From Alphaproteobacteria bacterium (GTDB lineage: Bacteria; Pseudomonadota; Alphaproteobacteria; CAAHEQ01; UBA3637), in assembly GCA_028696805.1 (NCBI GenBank), contig JAQVGI010000001.1, positions 1 to 49,107 of the forward strand: 49,107 bases of DNA. Direction: 5' to 3'. Below the pieces are notes generated by a model. It saw only the letters and a list, made by a program, of their open reading frames with translations, made no database searches and had not been told where the DNA came from. A program made the position numbers and the translations under genes. Positions 25,583 through 34,745 of the stretch are shown here, in pieces. Each line of letters begins with the position of its first letter. The first letter of the stretch is position 1.

Positions 25583-28368
25583 TTTTCGCAACATCGTTGT
25601 CGGACAGCCTGGCGGAACGCATCATCGATATGTGCCTGGTCGCTCACGCGCGCGACCCGCTGAAACTGGCGCAGACAAAAATCATCCTGCCGACGCGTCG
25701 GGCATGCCGGACGATTCAGGAAACGTTTTTGCAGCAGTCGGCGGAGCGCCCGATGATGCTGCCCCAGCTGATTCCCCTGTATGAATTGGAGGCGCCGGAC
25801 GAACAGATATCGGACGCCGTCGAGCCGTTGGAGCGCGCGCTGCTCCTGACGCGGCTGTGCCTGGAAAAACCGAACGTGACGGCGCCCGACCAGGCGGTCA
25901 AAATCGCCGTGAGCCTCGGCGCGATTCTGGACGAGTTCTATCAGTTCGGCACGGACACGGCCGCGCTGCGGGATCTGGCGCCCGCCCAGCCGTTCGCCCA
26001 GCATTGGAACGAAACGCTGGTCTTCCTGAACATCATCTGCGACGAATGGCCGAAGATTTTGAAAGAGCGCGGGCAAATCGACGCGGTCGACCGGCGCGCG
26101 CGCATGATACGGGCGTATGCCCGGCAGCTGAAACAAGACGAAGCGCCGCTGATTATCGCGGGCTTGGACGGCAGCCTGCCCGTCGTGCGCGATTTGATAC
26201 AGGCAGTATCCGGCCGCGCCGGCACGACGATCCTGCTGGACGGGCTGGACAACACGCCGGATGCCGATGCGTTCAAAGCGCTGCCGCCGAACCATTACCA
26301 ATACGCGTTGAAAGACCTGCTGGACAGGCTGGGCAAAACCGCGCGCGACATACCCTATCTGTCGACCGCGATGACGCCGCAGGAACCCCTGATCCGCGCG
26401 GCGTTCAAACCGGCGGCGCAGACGGAGCAATGGCGGGACGGCGCGTTGAAGCCCGACTGCCTGGCGAACATCGATCGCATCGACTGCCAGACGCCGGCGG
26501 AGGAAGCGCTGACGATCGCCCTGCTGCTGCGCGAGGCCTTGGAAACGCCGCGGCGGACGGCGTGCCTGGTGACGCCGGACAGGAACCTGGCGCGGCGCGT
26601 CATCGTCGAAATGCGCCGGTTCGGCGTCGACCTCAACGATTCCGCCGGAACGCCGCTGGCCAAAACGCCGGTCGGCACGTTTTTATCGCTGATCGCGGCC
26701 TACGGATTGAAGCATGCGAAAAGCGCGGATATCATTCCCTTGCTCAAACACGGCCTGACCGCGGACGGCCGGAATCCGGAGGCTTTCCGGAGCAAGCTCC
26801 TGCGCGCCGAACACATCGCGCGGCAGGAAGCGCGGCCGCTGGACATAAAGCTCAAAACCGAGTTTTCCGGATGGACGCGGCTGTTCGACGACAACCGGCT
26901 TATGCCTTTCGGCGATGTGTTGCAGGCGCACATGGCGCTGGCCGAACAGCTGGCGGCGACAGACGCGCAGTCGGGATCCGAGCGCCTGTGGACGGACGAA
27001 GCCGGGCAAAGCGCGCATGAGTTCCTGACGAACCTGCTGGCGAAATCGGATCTGCTGGGCGAGGTGGAAAGCCTATTTTATCCGGAGATATTAAGCGTCC
27101 TGATGAACGCCCTGACGATGCGCCCCAAATACGGCCTGCATCCGCGCCTGAACATTTTGGGGCCGATCGAATCGCGCTTTTTTCACGCGGATGTGTGCAT
27201 CATCGGCGGCCTGAACGAGGGCGTATTTCCGGCCGTTCCGGACACGGGGCCGTGGCTGAACCGCGCGATGCGCCAGAAACTCGGCCTGCCCGATTTGGAA
27301 TCCAAAACGGCGGGGATGGCGATGGATTTCGCGCATTGCTTCTGCGCGCCGAAAGTCTACCTGACGCGCGCCGTCAAGGCGGATGGCACCCAGACGATTC
27401 CGTCGCGGTTCCTGGCGAGATTGGAGGGCGCGTTGGAAGGCTCGCACCTGAAAATGCCGGTTTCAAGCGGCGACTGGGCAATGCTGCTCAACCGGCCGGA
27501 GCGGCATCGGCCCATCGCGCGCCCCCAGCCGAAGCCGCCGGCCGCCGTGCGTCCGAAGCGGCTGTCCGTCACCAAAATCGAGGAGTGGCGCCGCAACCCG
27601 TATGCCATCTATGCGCGGTATATTTTGAGGTTGAAAAAGCTGGAAGCGCTGGATGCGGATTTGGCGGACAAGAATCACGGAACGGCCATCCATATGGCGT
27701 TGGAGCGGTTCTATCGCCTGCCCGCGCACGAGCGCACCCAGGAGACGCTGGTGCAACTGGGGCGCGCGGCATTCGCCGACACCGGTTTCCGCGCAGTCGA
27801 TTTGGCCTTTTATATGCCGCGGTTTGAAAAAATAGCCGATTTTGTGGTGGCGCAATCCATTGCCGGCGCGTCCCATACGGAAAGGAAAGGCCGCATTGAG
27901 CTCAAAACGGAAAAGACGGATTTTACATTGACTTGTCAAGCGGATAGGATTGACATTTCATCCAACAATCGAGCCGGAATTGTCGACTATAAGACCGGCG
28001 AAGTCCCCAGTGCGCGCGAAGTGGCCGCCGGTTTTTCGCCGCAGCTGCCGCTGGAAGGGCTCATTGCGCAAAACGGCGGATTCGAAGGCTTGCCCCCGCT
28101 GGCCGTCGAGGCTCTGCACTACTGGCACCTGACCGGAAAAGATGGCGGCGGCGTCATTTCCGCCGCGGTCAAACCGGCCGAAGACATATCCGCGGAAATC
28201 GCCAAGGCCGAGGCCGGATTGAAAAAAATGATCGACACGTTCGCCGACCCGGACACGCCCTACGAGGCGACGCCTCTGCCCGGGAAAGCGCCGAAATACA
28301 ATGATTACGCCCACTTGGCGCGCGAGCAGGAATGGCAGCGCGCAACGGATGACAAGGAGGCGTCATGA
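25579..28368 (+). CDS. addB: Double-strand break repair protein AddB (alphaproteobacterial type)
   Basis: 929 aa; ATGA overlaps on both sides. C-terminal PD-(D/E)XK-like nuclease region (CQADRIDIS...IVDYKTG). Position directly upstream of addA. Confidence 0.85.
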   Translation: MIFATSLSDSLAERIIDMCLVAHARDPLKLAQTKIILPTRRACRTIQETFLQQSAERPMMLPQLIPLYELEAPDEQISDAVEPLERALLLTRLCLEKPNVTAPDQAVKIAVSLGAILDEFYQFGTDTAALRDLAPAQPFAQHWNETLVFLNIICDEWPKILKERGQIDAVDRRARMIRAYARQLKQDEAPLIIAGLDGSLPVVRDLIQAVSGRAGTTILLDGLDNTPDADAFKALPPNHYQYALKDLLDRLGKTARDIPYLSTAMTPQEPLIRAAFKPAAQTEQWRDGALKPDCLANIDRIDCQTPAEEALTIALLLREALETPRRTACLVTPDRNLARRVIVEMRRFGVDLNDSAGTPLAKTPVGTFLSLIAAYGLKHAKSADIIPLLKHGLTADGRNPEAFRSKLLRAEHIARQEARPLDIKLKTEFSGWTRLFDDNRLMPFGDVLQAHMALAEQLAATDAQSGSERLWTDEAGQSAHEFLTNLLAKSDLLGEVESLFYPEILSVLMNALTMRPKYGLHPRLNILGPIESRFFHADVCIIGGLNEGVFPAVPDTGPWLNRAMRQKLGLPDLESKTAGMAMDFAHCFCAPKVYLTRAVKADGTQTIPSRFLARLEGALEGSHLKMPVSSGDWAMLLNRPERHRPIARPQPKPPAAVRPKRLSVTKIEEWRRNPYAIYARYILRLKKLEALDADLADKNHGTAIHMALERFYRLPAHERTQETLVQLGRAAFADTGFRAVDLAFYMPRFEKIADFVVAQSIAGASHTERKGRIELKTEKTDFTLTCQADRIDISSNNRAGIVDYKTGEVPSAREVAAGFSPQLPLEGLIAQNGGFEGLPPLAVEALHYWHLTGKDGGGVISAAVKPAEDISAEIAKAEAGLKKMIDTFADPDTPYEATPLPGKAPKYNDYAHLAREQEWQRATDDKEAS

Positions 28369-31300
28369 CCATCATCGCCGACCAGCGCCGCGCCAGCAAT
28401 CCGCAGGCTTCCGTCTGGGTGTCCGCATCCGCCGGATCGGGCAAAACAAAAGTCCTGACCGACCGCGTGCTGCATTTGCTGCTGACAACGGGGCGGCCGG
28501 ACAAGCTGCTGTGCCTGACCTTTACGAAAGCGGCCGCCGCCGAAATGGAAAACCGCATCGGGCAAACGCTGAAAAACTGGGTGATTCGGACGGATGCGGA
28601 ACTGGCGCGGGAGATAGAAGCCCTGACCGCGGAGGAGCCGTCGCCCGAGCAGATCACATTGGCGCGCCAGTTGTTCACGCGCGTTTTGGAAGTCCCCGGC
28701 GGCATGAAAATCATGACGATTCACAGCTTCTGCCAATCCATCCTGCAACGCTTTCCGCTCGAAGCCGGGGTGCCGCCCAACTTCGACGTCATCGACGACA
28801 TCGCGGCCAAGGCGCTGCTGTCCGACGTTTTCCAAAAAACGCTGAATAAAAAAGCCTTTCAGCCGGACATCGCGGCGCTGGCGCCCCACATCACGGAAAG
28901 GCAGCTCATCGACATCCTGACCGAATTGTTCGGCAGCCCGAACTGGCAGGAGCTGACCGAGCAGCATTCGCTGGAAACAATCCTGCATCGCATCGAGACA
29001 TTCCTGGGCGTCGCGCGCGATGAAACGCCGGAGAGCATTGTCGCCGCGCATTTCGCCGGTCGGGACTGGGAGGAGTTGAAGCGGGAATACCTGACGCAAC
29101 AGGAGGAAATCCGCAGCGTCAAAAAAGAAGACCCGGCCGCGCAGCTGGTCTTCCAAACGAATGAGCGCCTGAAAGAGCTGACGATCTGCCGAAGCACCGC
29201 GACCCTGCTGCGCGTCGCATTCGATGTGCTGCGGGATTATGCGCTGCTGAAACGCACGCGGGCCGTTCTGGACTATGCCGACCTGATTCAGCACACGCTA
29301 CGGCTGCTGGACAAATCGGACATGTCGGCCTGGGTTTTGTTCAAGCTGGACGGCGGGCTGGACCACATCCTGGTGGACGAGGCGCAGGACACCAACCCGC
29401 ACCAATGGCGCATCATCCGCAAGCTGGCCGAGGAGTTTTTCGCCGGCGAAGGCCGGTCGGACACCCTGCGCACCCTGTTCGCGGTCGGCGACAAAAAACA
29501 ATCCATTTACAGCTTCCAGGGCGCCGACCCGTCCGAGTTCGAGCGCATGCGCCAATTCTTCGAACGCCGCGTGCGGGAATCCCAAAACGCGTTCGAGAAC
29601 GTGCCGCTGAACGTTTCCTTCCGCTCCACGGAGCCGGTGCTGCGCGCGGTCAACGCCGTTTTGAAATCGGAGCGCGGCCGCATCGGCGTTCTGGCGCAAA
29701 ACGAAGAGGCGGAGCATGCCGCCTATCGGGCGCAGGACGGCGGGCTGGTCGAAATCTGGGATCCGGAAATCGCCCCGAAAACGGAGCCGCCCGCGCCATG
29801 GAAGCCGCCCGTCGAGCGCGTGGCGCAACCATCCGCCATCTCGACGCTGGCGGCCAAAATCGCGGACACGATACGCCGCATGCTGGATTCGGGCGAGGTG
29901 CTGGCCTCCCAGAACAGGCCAGTGCGCGCCGGCGATTTCATGATTTTGGTTCAGCGCCGCAAAGATCTGGCCAACGAAATCATCCGCGCGCTGAAAGACC
30001 GGAACATCCCCGTCGCCGGCATCGACCGGCTGGTCCTGACCGGCCATCTGGCGATTCAAGACCTCATCGCCGCGGCGCAGTTCGTCTTGTCCCCGTATGA
30101 CGATTTGAACCTGGCATGCCTTTTGAAATCGCCGCTCATCGGCCTCGGCGAGGAAGAGCTCTATGACCTGGCGCAAGGGCGCACGGCGTCGCTCTGGGCC
30201 GCCGTCCGGGACAAAAACGCGGACGCGGTGCGGCGGCTCAAAGACCTGATACGCCTGGCCCGGACGCACCCGACGTTCGAGTTTTTCGCGTCCATTTTGG
30301 GGACGATGAACGGGCGCGCGCAGTTCGCCGAGCGGATGGGCGACGAGGTCAACGAGGCGCTCGACGAGTTCCTGACGCTGCTGCTGCATTTCGAGCAGAG
30401 CGAGATCGCGACCCTGCCCTGCTTTTTGAACTGGATACAATCCCAGGACATCGAAATCAAGCGCGACCTCGACCAATCGAACGCCGACTGCGTCCGCCTG
30501 ATGACCGTGCACGGGTCGAAGGGGTTGCAGGGCAACATCGTCTTCCTGCCCGAAACGCAAACGCGCGCGCCCAAGAAACCGAACCTGATTTACCTGGACA
30601 AGGAAATCCCGCTGTGGCTGCCCAACGCGTCGTTCCGCACGGCGCGGCTGGCGGGCCTTTACGACGCGCTGGCGCGGGAGCAGGAAGCCGAAAACCACCG
30701 CCTGCTGTATGTGGCGATGACGCGCGCCCGCGACAGGCTCTACATCTGCGGCGTCCAAAAAGAGCGCTCCGAAAAAACCAGCGTCGTCGACAACGGCTGG
30801 CACGGCATCATCCGGGACGCCGTCGAACAGCACATTCCCGACATACGATTCAAAGACGGCGTCTGGCGGCTGGAAAAGCGGCAGGAAAAAATGCCCGAGC
30901 AAACGCCGGCGGAAACGGCCCCAACCATGCCGCCCGCCGCCCTGCCGAGCTGGGCGACCACGCCGGCGCCGGTGGAAAAGCACCCGGGCAAGCCGCTGTC
31001 GCCCTCGCAAATCGGCAGCGACGATCCCTGCGCGGATTCCATCCTGGCCCCCGGGCTGGACAGCGCGCTGCGGCGCGGCACGTTCATCCACCGGATGCTG
31101 CAATACCTGCCGACCCTGCCGCCGGAAAAGCGCGCGGCCGTTTTCCGCCGGATGAAGCCGGCCGACCTGGATGTGCCGGACACATTGCCGGATATTTTCA
31201 CCCACCCGTCCCTGCCCGACATTTTCGGCCCCGGCTCGATGGCGGAGGTTCCGATCGTCGGCGTCTGGAACAACAAGGCGATTTCCGGCCAGGTCGACCG

Positions 31301-31502
31301 CCTCGTCGTCCGGGAAAATCAGGTCATCGTTCTGGATTACAAAACGAACCGCATCGTTCCGAAAAGGATGCCGCAGAGTTATAAAATGCAGCTGGGCATC
31401 TATAAACACTTGCTTGGGCGGATTTTTCCTGATAAGATGGTGAAAGCATATATCTTATGGACGGAAGATTTCAGCTTGACGGAGGTCGCGGATGAAGTAT
31501 AG
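28365..31502 (+). CDS. addA: Double-strand break repair helicase AddA (UvrD/Rep superfamily 1 helicase-nuclease)
   Basis: 1045 aa. Walker A SASAGSGKTKVL, DEAQDTNP, FAVGDKKQSIYSFQGA, MTVHGSKGLQ, YVAMTRARDRL. C-terminal nuclease motif VDRLVV...VLDYKTN. Confidence 0.93.
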   Translation: MTIIADQRRASNPQASVWVSASAGSGKTKVLTDRVLHLLLTTGRPDKLLCLTFTKAAAAEMENRIGQTLKNWVIRTDAELAREIEALTAEEPSPEQITLARQLFTRVLEVPGGMKIMTIHSFCQSILQRFPLEAGVPPNFDVIDDIAAKALLSDVFQKTLNKKAFQPDIAALAPHITERQLIDILTELFGSPNWQELTEQHSLETILHRIETFLGVARDETPESIVAAHFAGRDWEELKREYLTQQEEIRSVKKEDPAAQLVFQTNERLKELTICRSTATLLRVAFDVLRDYALLKRTRAVLDYADLIQHTLRLLDKSDMSAWVLFKLDGGLDHILVDEAQDTNPHQWRIIRKLAEEFFAGEGRSDTLRTLFAVGDKKQSIYSFQGADPSEFERMRQFFERRVRESQNAFENVPLNVSFRSTEPVLRAVNAVLKSERGRIGVLAQNEEAEHAAYRAQDGGLVEIWDPEIAPKTEPPAPWKPPVERVAQPSAISTLAAKIADTIRRMLDSGEVLASQNRPVRAGDFMILVQRRKDLANEIIRALKDRNIPVAGIDRLVLTGHLAIQDLIAAAQFVLSPYDDLNLACLLKSPLIGLGEEELYDLAQGRTASLWAAVRDKNADAVRRLKDLIRLARTHPTFEFFASILGTMNGRAQFAERMGDEVNEALDEFLTLLLHFEQSEIATLPCFLNWIQSQDIEIKRDLDQSNADCVRLMTVHGSKGLQGNIVFLPETQTRAPKKPNLIYLDKEIPLWLPNASFRTARLAGLYDALAREQEAENHRLLYVAMTRARDRLYICGVQKERSEKTSVVDNGWHGIIRDAVEQHIPDIRFKDGVWRLEKRQEKMPEQTPAETAPTMPPAALPSWATTPAPVEKHPGKPLSPSQIGSDDPCADSILAPGLDSALRRGTFIHRMLQYLPTLPPEKRAAVFRRMKPADLDVPDTLPDIFTHPSLPDIFGPGSMAEVPIVGVWNNKAISGQVDRLVVRENQVIVLDYKTNRIVPKRMPQSYKMQLGIYKHLLGRIFPDKMVKAYILWTEDFSLTEVADEV

Positions 31503-32217
31503 CCTTGTTTTGGGAATCGCATTGCTTTTGGCGGGCTGCGCCGGCGTCCCCGTGACGCCCGAGGGGTTCAGATACAAGGAAGTCGCGACGGAATACCTGT
31601 CCGTCGCGGTGTGGGAGCGCGACATCTCCGCCGGCCGGCCGATACGCTTTTACATCGAGGGGGACGGCGATCCGGCGCCGAAAAATGCCGTCGCCTTGAA
31701 AATGGCGGCCAAAGACGCCTATCAGAATGTCGTCTATGTGTCCCGCCCGTGCCAGTATGTGCAATCCGCCGTCTGCAAGCATAAAAACCTGTGGCGCGAA
31801 GACCGCTTCAACCCCGACGTCGTCGCCCAGATGGAGGAAATCATCCGCTATATCGCCACCAAATACCGGGCGCCCTCCGTCGAGCTTGTCGGATACGACG
31901 GCGGCGCGACGATGGCGCTGCTGCTGGCGGACAAGCTGCCCGTCACGAAAATCGTGACCATCGCCGGCATTTTGGACACGGACGCCTACACGACTTTCCA
32001 TCAGCTGCCCCCGATAGACGGCATCAACCCAATCGAATACCGCACGGCGCTCGCCAAAATCCCGCAAATCCACTATGTCGGCGAGAACGACAAGCAGACG
32101 ACATCCTTTATGGCCGAGCGGTTCGTCCACAAGCTGCCCAACCCCGTGTCCGCCGAGGTCAAATCCGTCGCCGGCGTCGGACACGCCGACTGGGAGCATG
32201 TCCGATTGGACTATTGA
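31492..32217 (+). CDS. Lipoprotein with alpha/beta-hydrolase-like (possibly VirJ/AcvB-like) fold
   Basis: 241 aa. SD GGAGG (31481-31485); start overlaps the addA end by 11 nt. Lipobox LLLAGC. Blocks FYIEGDGD, VELVGYDGGATMALLLA (Asp at the nucleophile-elbow position), IHYVGENDKQ, GVGHADWEH. Confidence 0.6.
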   Translation: MKYSLVLGIALLLAGCAGVPVTPEGFRYKEVATEYLSVAVWERDISAGRPIRFYIEGDGDPAPKNAVALKMAAKDAYQNVVYVSRPCQYVQSAVCKHKNLWREDRFNPDVVAQMEEIIRYIATKYRAPSVELVGYDGGATMALLLADKLPVTKIVTIAGILDTDAYTTFHQLPPIDGINPIEYRTALAKIPQIHYVGENDKQTTSFMAERFVHKLPNPVSAEVKSVAGVGHADWEHVRLDY

Positions 32218-32251
32218 GCGCCCCCCTTTTCCCGCCGATTTCTAAATATTC

Positions 32252-32279
32252 TTGACAAAATATGGAAATGTGATATACT
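32252..32279 (+). promoter_or_regulatory. Sigma70-like promoter with extended -10
   Basis: Perfect TTGACA (32252-32257), 16-nt spacer containing TGa, then TATACT (32274-32279), 25 nt upstream of ATG 32305. Confidence 0.45.
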
Positions 32280-32304
32280 GAAAGCCTGATATTGAATCGG
32301 GAGG

Positions 32305-32541
32305 ATGCGATGTCATACACAGACAAACCCATACCAGTTGAGGAAAGATTATTTCCTCTGGGCTATTGCCGCGGCATACCTGGCCATTCCCGCGTGCCTC
32401 GGGTATGTTATCGGAAAGCAAAGAGGCGTTGCCGAAACGACGAAAAAATACGAGGCGGCGCAGCAGACGAAGGCCGCGCGCACCATCGCCACGCAAAACC
32501 CGCTGGGCGCCCTCCCCGTCGATACATCGCGGACGCGTTAA
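32305..32541 (+). CDS. Small single-pass membrane protein (78 aa), unknown family
   Basis: GC-rich third codon positions in this frame only. One clear TM helix (FLWAIAAAYLAIPACLGYVIG) followed by a polar tail. The exact start is uncertain because the SD GGGAGG abuts ATG 32305. Confidence 0.45.
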   Translation: MRCHTQTNPYQLRKDYFLWAIAAAYLAIPACLGYVIGKQRGVAETTKKYEAAQQTKAARTIATQNPLGALPVDTSRTR

Positions 32542-32605
32542 CGCACGCGGTAAATCCCGCAGCGCTTCGCGAACAAGACGCCGGTAGGAAATCCTGCCGA
32601 TGTTT

Positions 32606-34744
32606 TCAATTCAGCTGAATCTCATCCAAAACCGCATCCGCCGGATGGACGATGTCGTCCGGAATGTTGGGCGCGGGCTTCATCGCCGCCAGCTTTTGAT
32701 ACGCCGGATTCTTGAAATACAGCGGCGTTTCCGCGCGGATGGGCCGGTTGGTCTTGCCGGTATAGAGGACAAGCTGCTTGTCCGCCGCCATCGACATCAC
32801 ACCGGCGCCGCCGACCAGCCCATCCTCTTTATACTGAAAATCATGATCGTGCTTGTAGAAGGATCCGAAAAGCGATCCCTTAGCCTTGTATTTGTGCGTC
32901 ACCTTCGTCACGCTGCCCGTTCCTTTCAGAAGCGCGCCGCGGGTCTGCTCGTTGTTCTGCTGCTTGATGATTTTGACGGCGACCGAGCTTAAAATGATAT
33001 CCTTCGTCTCCTCGCTGTATTTGGCCGAAATCTGGTTCCAATCCTGGATGTTCAGGAAGAACATGTTCTTTTTCATCCGGCCGAAAACCACGCCGTCCGA
33101 AATGCTTTGCAGCGCCGGCATGTGCTGGAACTCGTCCAGCATGAACCCCACCGGATAAGGGCCGCAGCCGCTCTCGCCCGGCCCCGCGTCCGACAAATGC
33201 CCCGCCGCCATGTTGATGAACAACGTGCTGACCAGCAGCGACGACCCCAAGTCCTCATACGGCACGGACATATAGATCGTCACGGGCTTGTAGCGGCCGG
33301 TTTTGTCCTTGACGCCGCGCAGCTGGTCGTAGTTCAAATCGTTGCTGGACGTGCGCTCGCGGATGGCCGCGTTCTTGAAGATGTTGATGCCCGACAGCGC
33401 CATCGAGACGACCGAGCCGCGCTGCTTATCCGGCAGCGCCTCCACCTGGTTCAATTCCAGCAGCGTGCGCCGGCCGTAGCCGTAATACGCCGTTTCCAGG
33501 ACGACCTCCAAAAACAGCTCGTGCCACGGGTCGAACGACCATGCGGACGGGTCGTTCTCCTGCTTGCGGCGGCACAGCTCGGCGCCGAGGTGCGCCTGTT
33601 TCTGCGTAATCATGTCCAGCAGCATCGCAAAGCACGCGTCATGCCCCCGCCACATATCCGGAATGCCGTCCCACTTGCCGATCGGCAGGTAATTGTCCGG
33701 CGCGATGGCGTGCGATTCGGCATTCTTGACGGCTTGCAAAACTTCGGGGAAATCGCGCATGGATTTATAGTAGGACAGCAGGACGGCGTAATCCTCGTCG
33801 TCCAGCGCGTTGTCCTTGACGCGCTGCAAAAAGTAATCGTTGGCGCGCGCCTGGTCGACCTTGCCGCAGATATAGCCGGTCAGCCCCGTCAAACACCCGC
33901 GGCCGGACAAAACCCAATACGGATCCGCCCCCTTGGGCCCGTCCGGAATCAGGAAGTAAATCAGCCCGTCGATGTAGCCTTCGCGCCCTTCGTGCAGCGC
34001 CGGCAGGTTGCCGCCGCCGATGGGGTTCCACGACGGATACCGAACGCCGGCCGCCTTGTCGTCCACCCGCCCCCAGTTGATGACAAACACGGGGCCCAGC
34101 GTTGCGCGGTATCCGCTGGTCAGCCGGGACAATTCGCCTTTCGGATCGTTGACGATCAGGCAGGCGTCGTCCTGCTCGAAAATCGCTGGAATCATCACGC
34201 CGGTCGTCTTGCCGGACCGCGGCGCTCCGATGCACAGGACGGAGCGCGCGTCGGGTAGTTTCAGCTTATGCCCCTTGAAAAACCCGATGAACAGCCCTTT
34301 GCCGTCCAGCAGGCCCATCTTTTTCAAATCCGACAGATCCGCCTCGTGGTCGCCGGCGACCTGCATGATGAAATAATGCGGGTTCTTGACCATCATCCAG
34401 AACAGGTAGAAAACCAACCCGAACGTCGGCACCAATAAACTGCGCCAGATGAAGAAGCTCGCCCATGTCGTGTGCCGCGGCTCGTTCAGCGCGTATTCGG
34501 CCAGCCACCCGCCCCAATCCCGGAAAGGCAGCCACGGCGCGCGCACCATCGCGAGGATGGCGTCGGCGACATACGGAATCAGCGGAGTGTCGAAATGGCG
34601 GCCCAAAAAATACTGAACGGGCGGCAGGAAAAACAGCAGAGCGATCCAGAAGTAAAAAATCCCCAGCACCGCGCGCTTCGCCCACCATTTGACGGCGGCG
34701 CGGCGCGATTCGTAGACTTCTCCGGACCAGTGCAGGTGCAACAT
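32606..34744 (-). CDS. virD4: Type IV secretion coupling protein, VirD4/TraG family (T4CP)
   Basis: 712 aa. N-terminal TM helices. Walker A CIGAPRSGKTTGVMIP followed by LIVNDPKGE (compare VirD4/TraG APTRSGKG...D.KGE). WNPIG (NPL-like). Walker B region VGFMLDEFQHMPAL. Large all-alpha insertion between the NTPase halves. Confidence 0.85.
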   Translation of the reverse strand: MLHLHWSGEVYESRRAAVKWWAKRAVLGIFYFWIALLFFLPPVQYFLGRHFDTPLIPYVADAILAMVRAPWLPFRDWGGWLAEYALNEPRHTTWASFFIWRSLLVPTFGLVFYLFWMMVKNPHYFIMQVAGDHEADLSDLKKMGLLDGKGLFIGFFKGHKLKLPDARSVLCIGAPRSGKTTGVMIPAIFEQDDACLIVNDPKGELSRLTSGYRATLGPVFVINWGRVDDKAAGVRYPSWNPIGGGNLPALHEGREGYIDGLIYFLIPDGPKGADPYWVLSGRGCLTGLTGYICGKVDQARANDYFLQRVKDNALDDEDYAVLLSYYKSMRDFPEVLQAVKNAESHAIAPDNYLPIGKWDGIPDMWRGHDACFAMLLDMITQKQAHLGAELCRRKQENDPSAWSFDPWHELFLEVVLETAYYGYGRRTLLELNQVEALPDKQRGSVVSMALSGINIFKNAAIRERTSSNDLNYDQLRGVKDKTGRYKPVTIYMSVPYEDLGSSLLVSTLFINMAAGHLSDAGPGESGCGPYPVGFMLDEFQHMPALQSISDGVVFGRMKKNMFFLNIQDWNQISAKYSEETKDIILSSVAVKIIKQQNNEQTRGALLKGTGSVTKVTHKYKAKGSLFGSFYKHDHDFQYKEDGLVGGAGVMSMAADKQLVLYTGKTNRPIRAETPLYFKNPAYQKLAAMKPAPNIPDDIVHPADAVLDEIQLN

Positions 34745-34745
34745 G

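Noticed and set aside
32292-32618. Alternative 108-aa frame (MNREDAMSYTDKPIPVEERL...) overlapping the small membrane-protein ORF; its internal ATG 32310 has better SD spacing.
   Set aside because: The translation is Arg/His/Pro-rich and looks like off-frame sequence. GC-rich third codon positions and a clean TM helix are seen only in the 32305..32541 frame.
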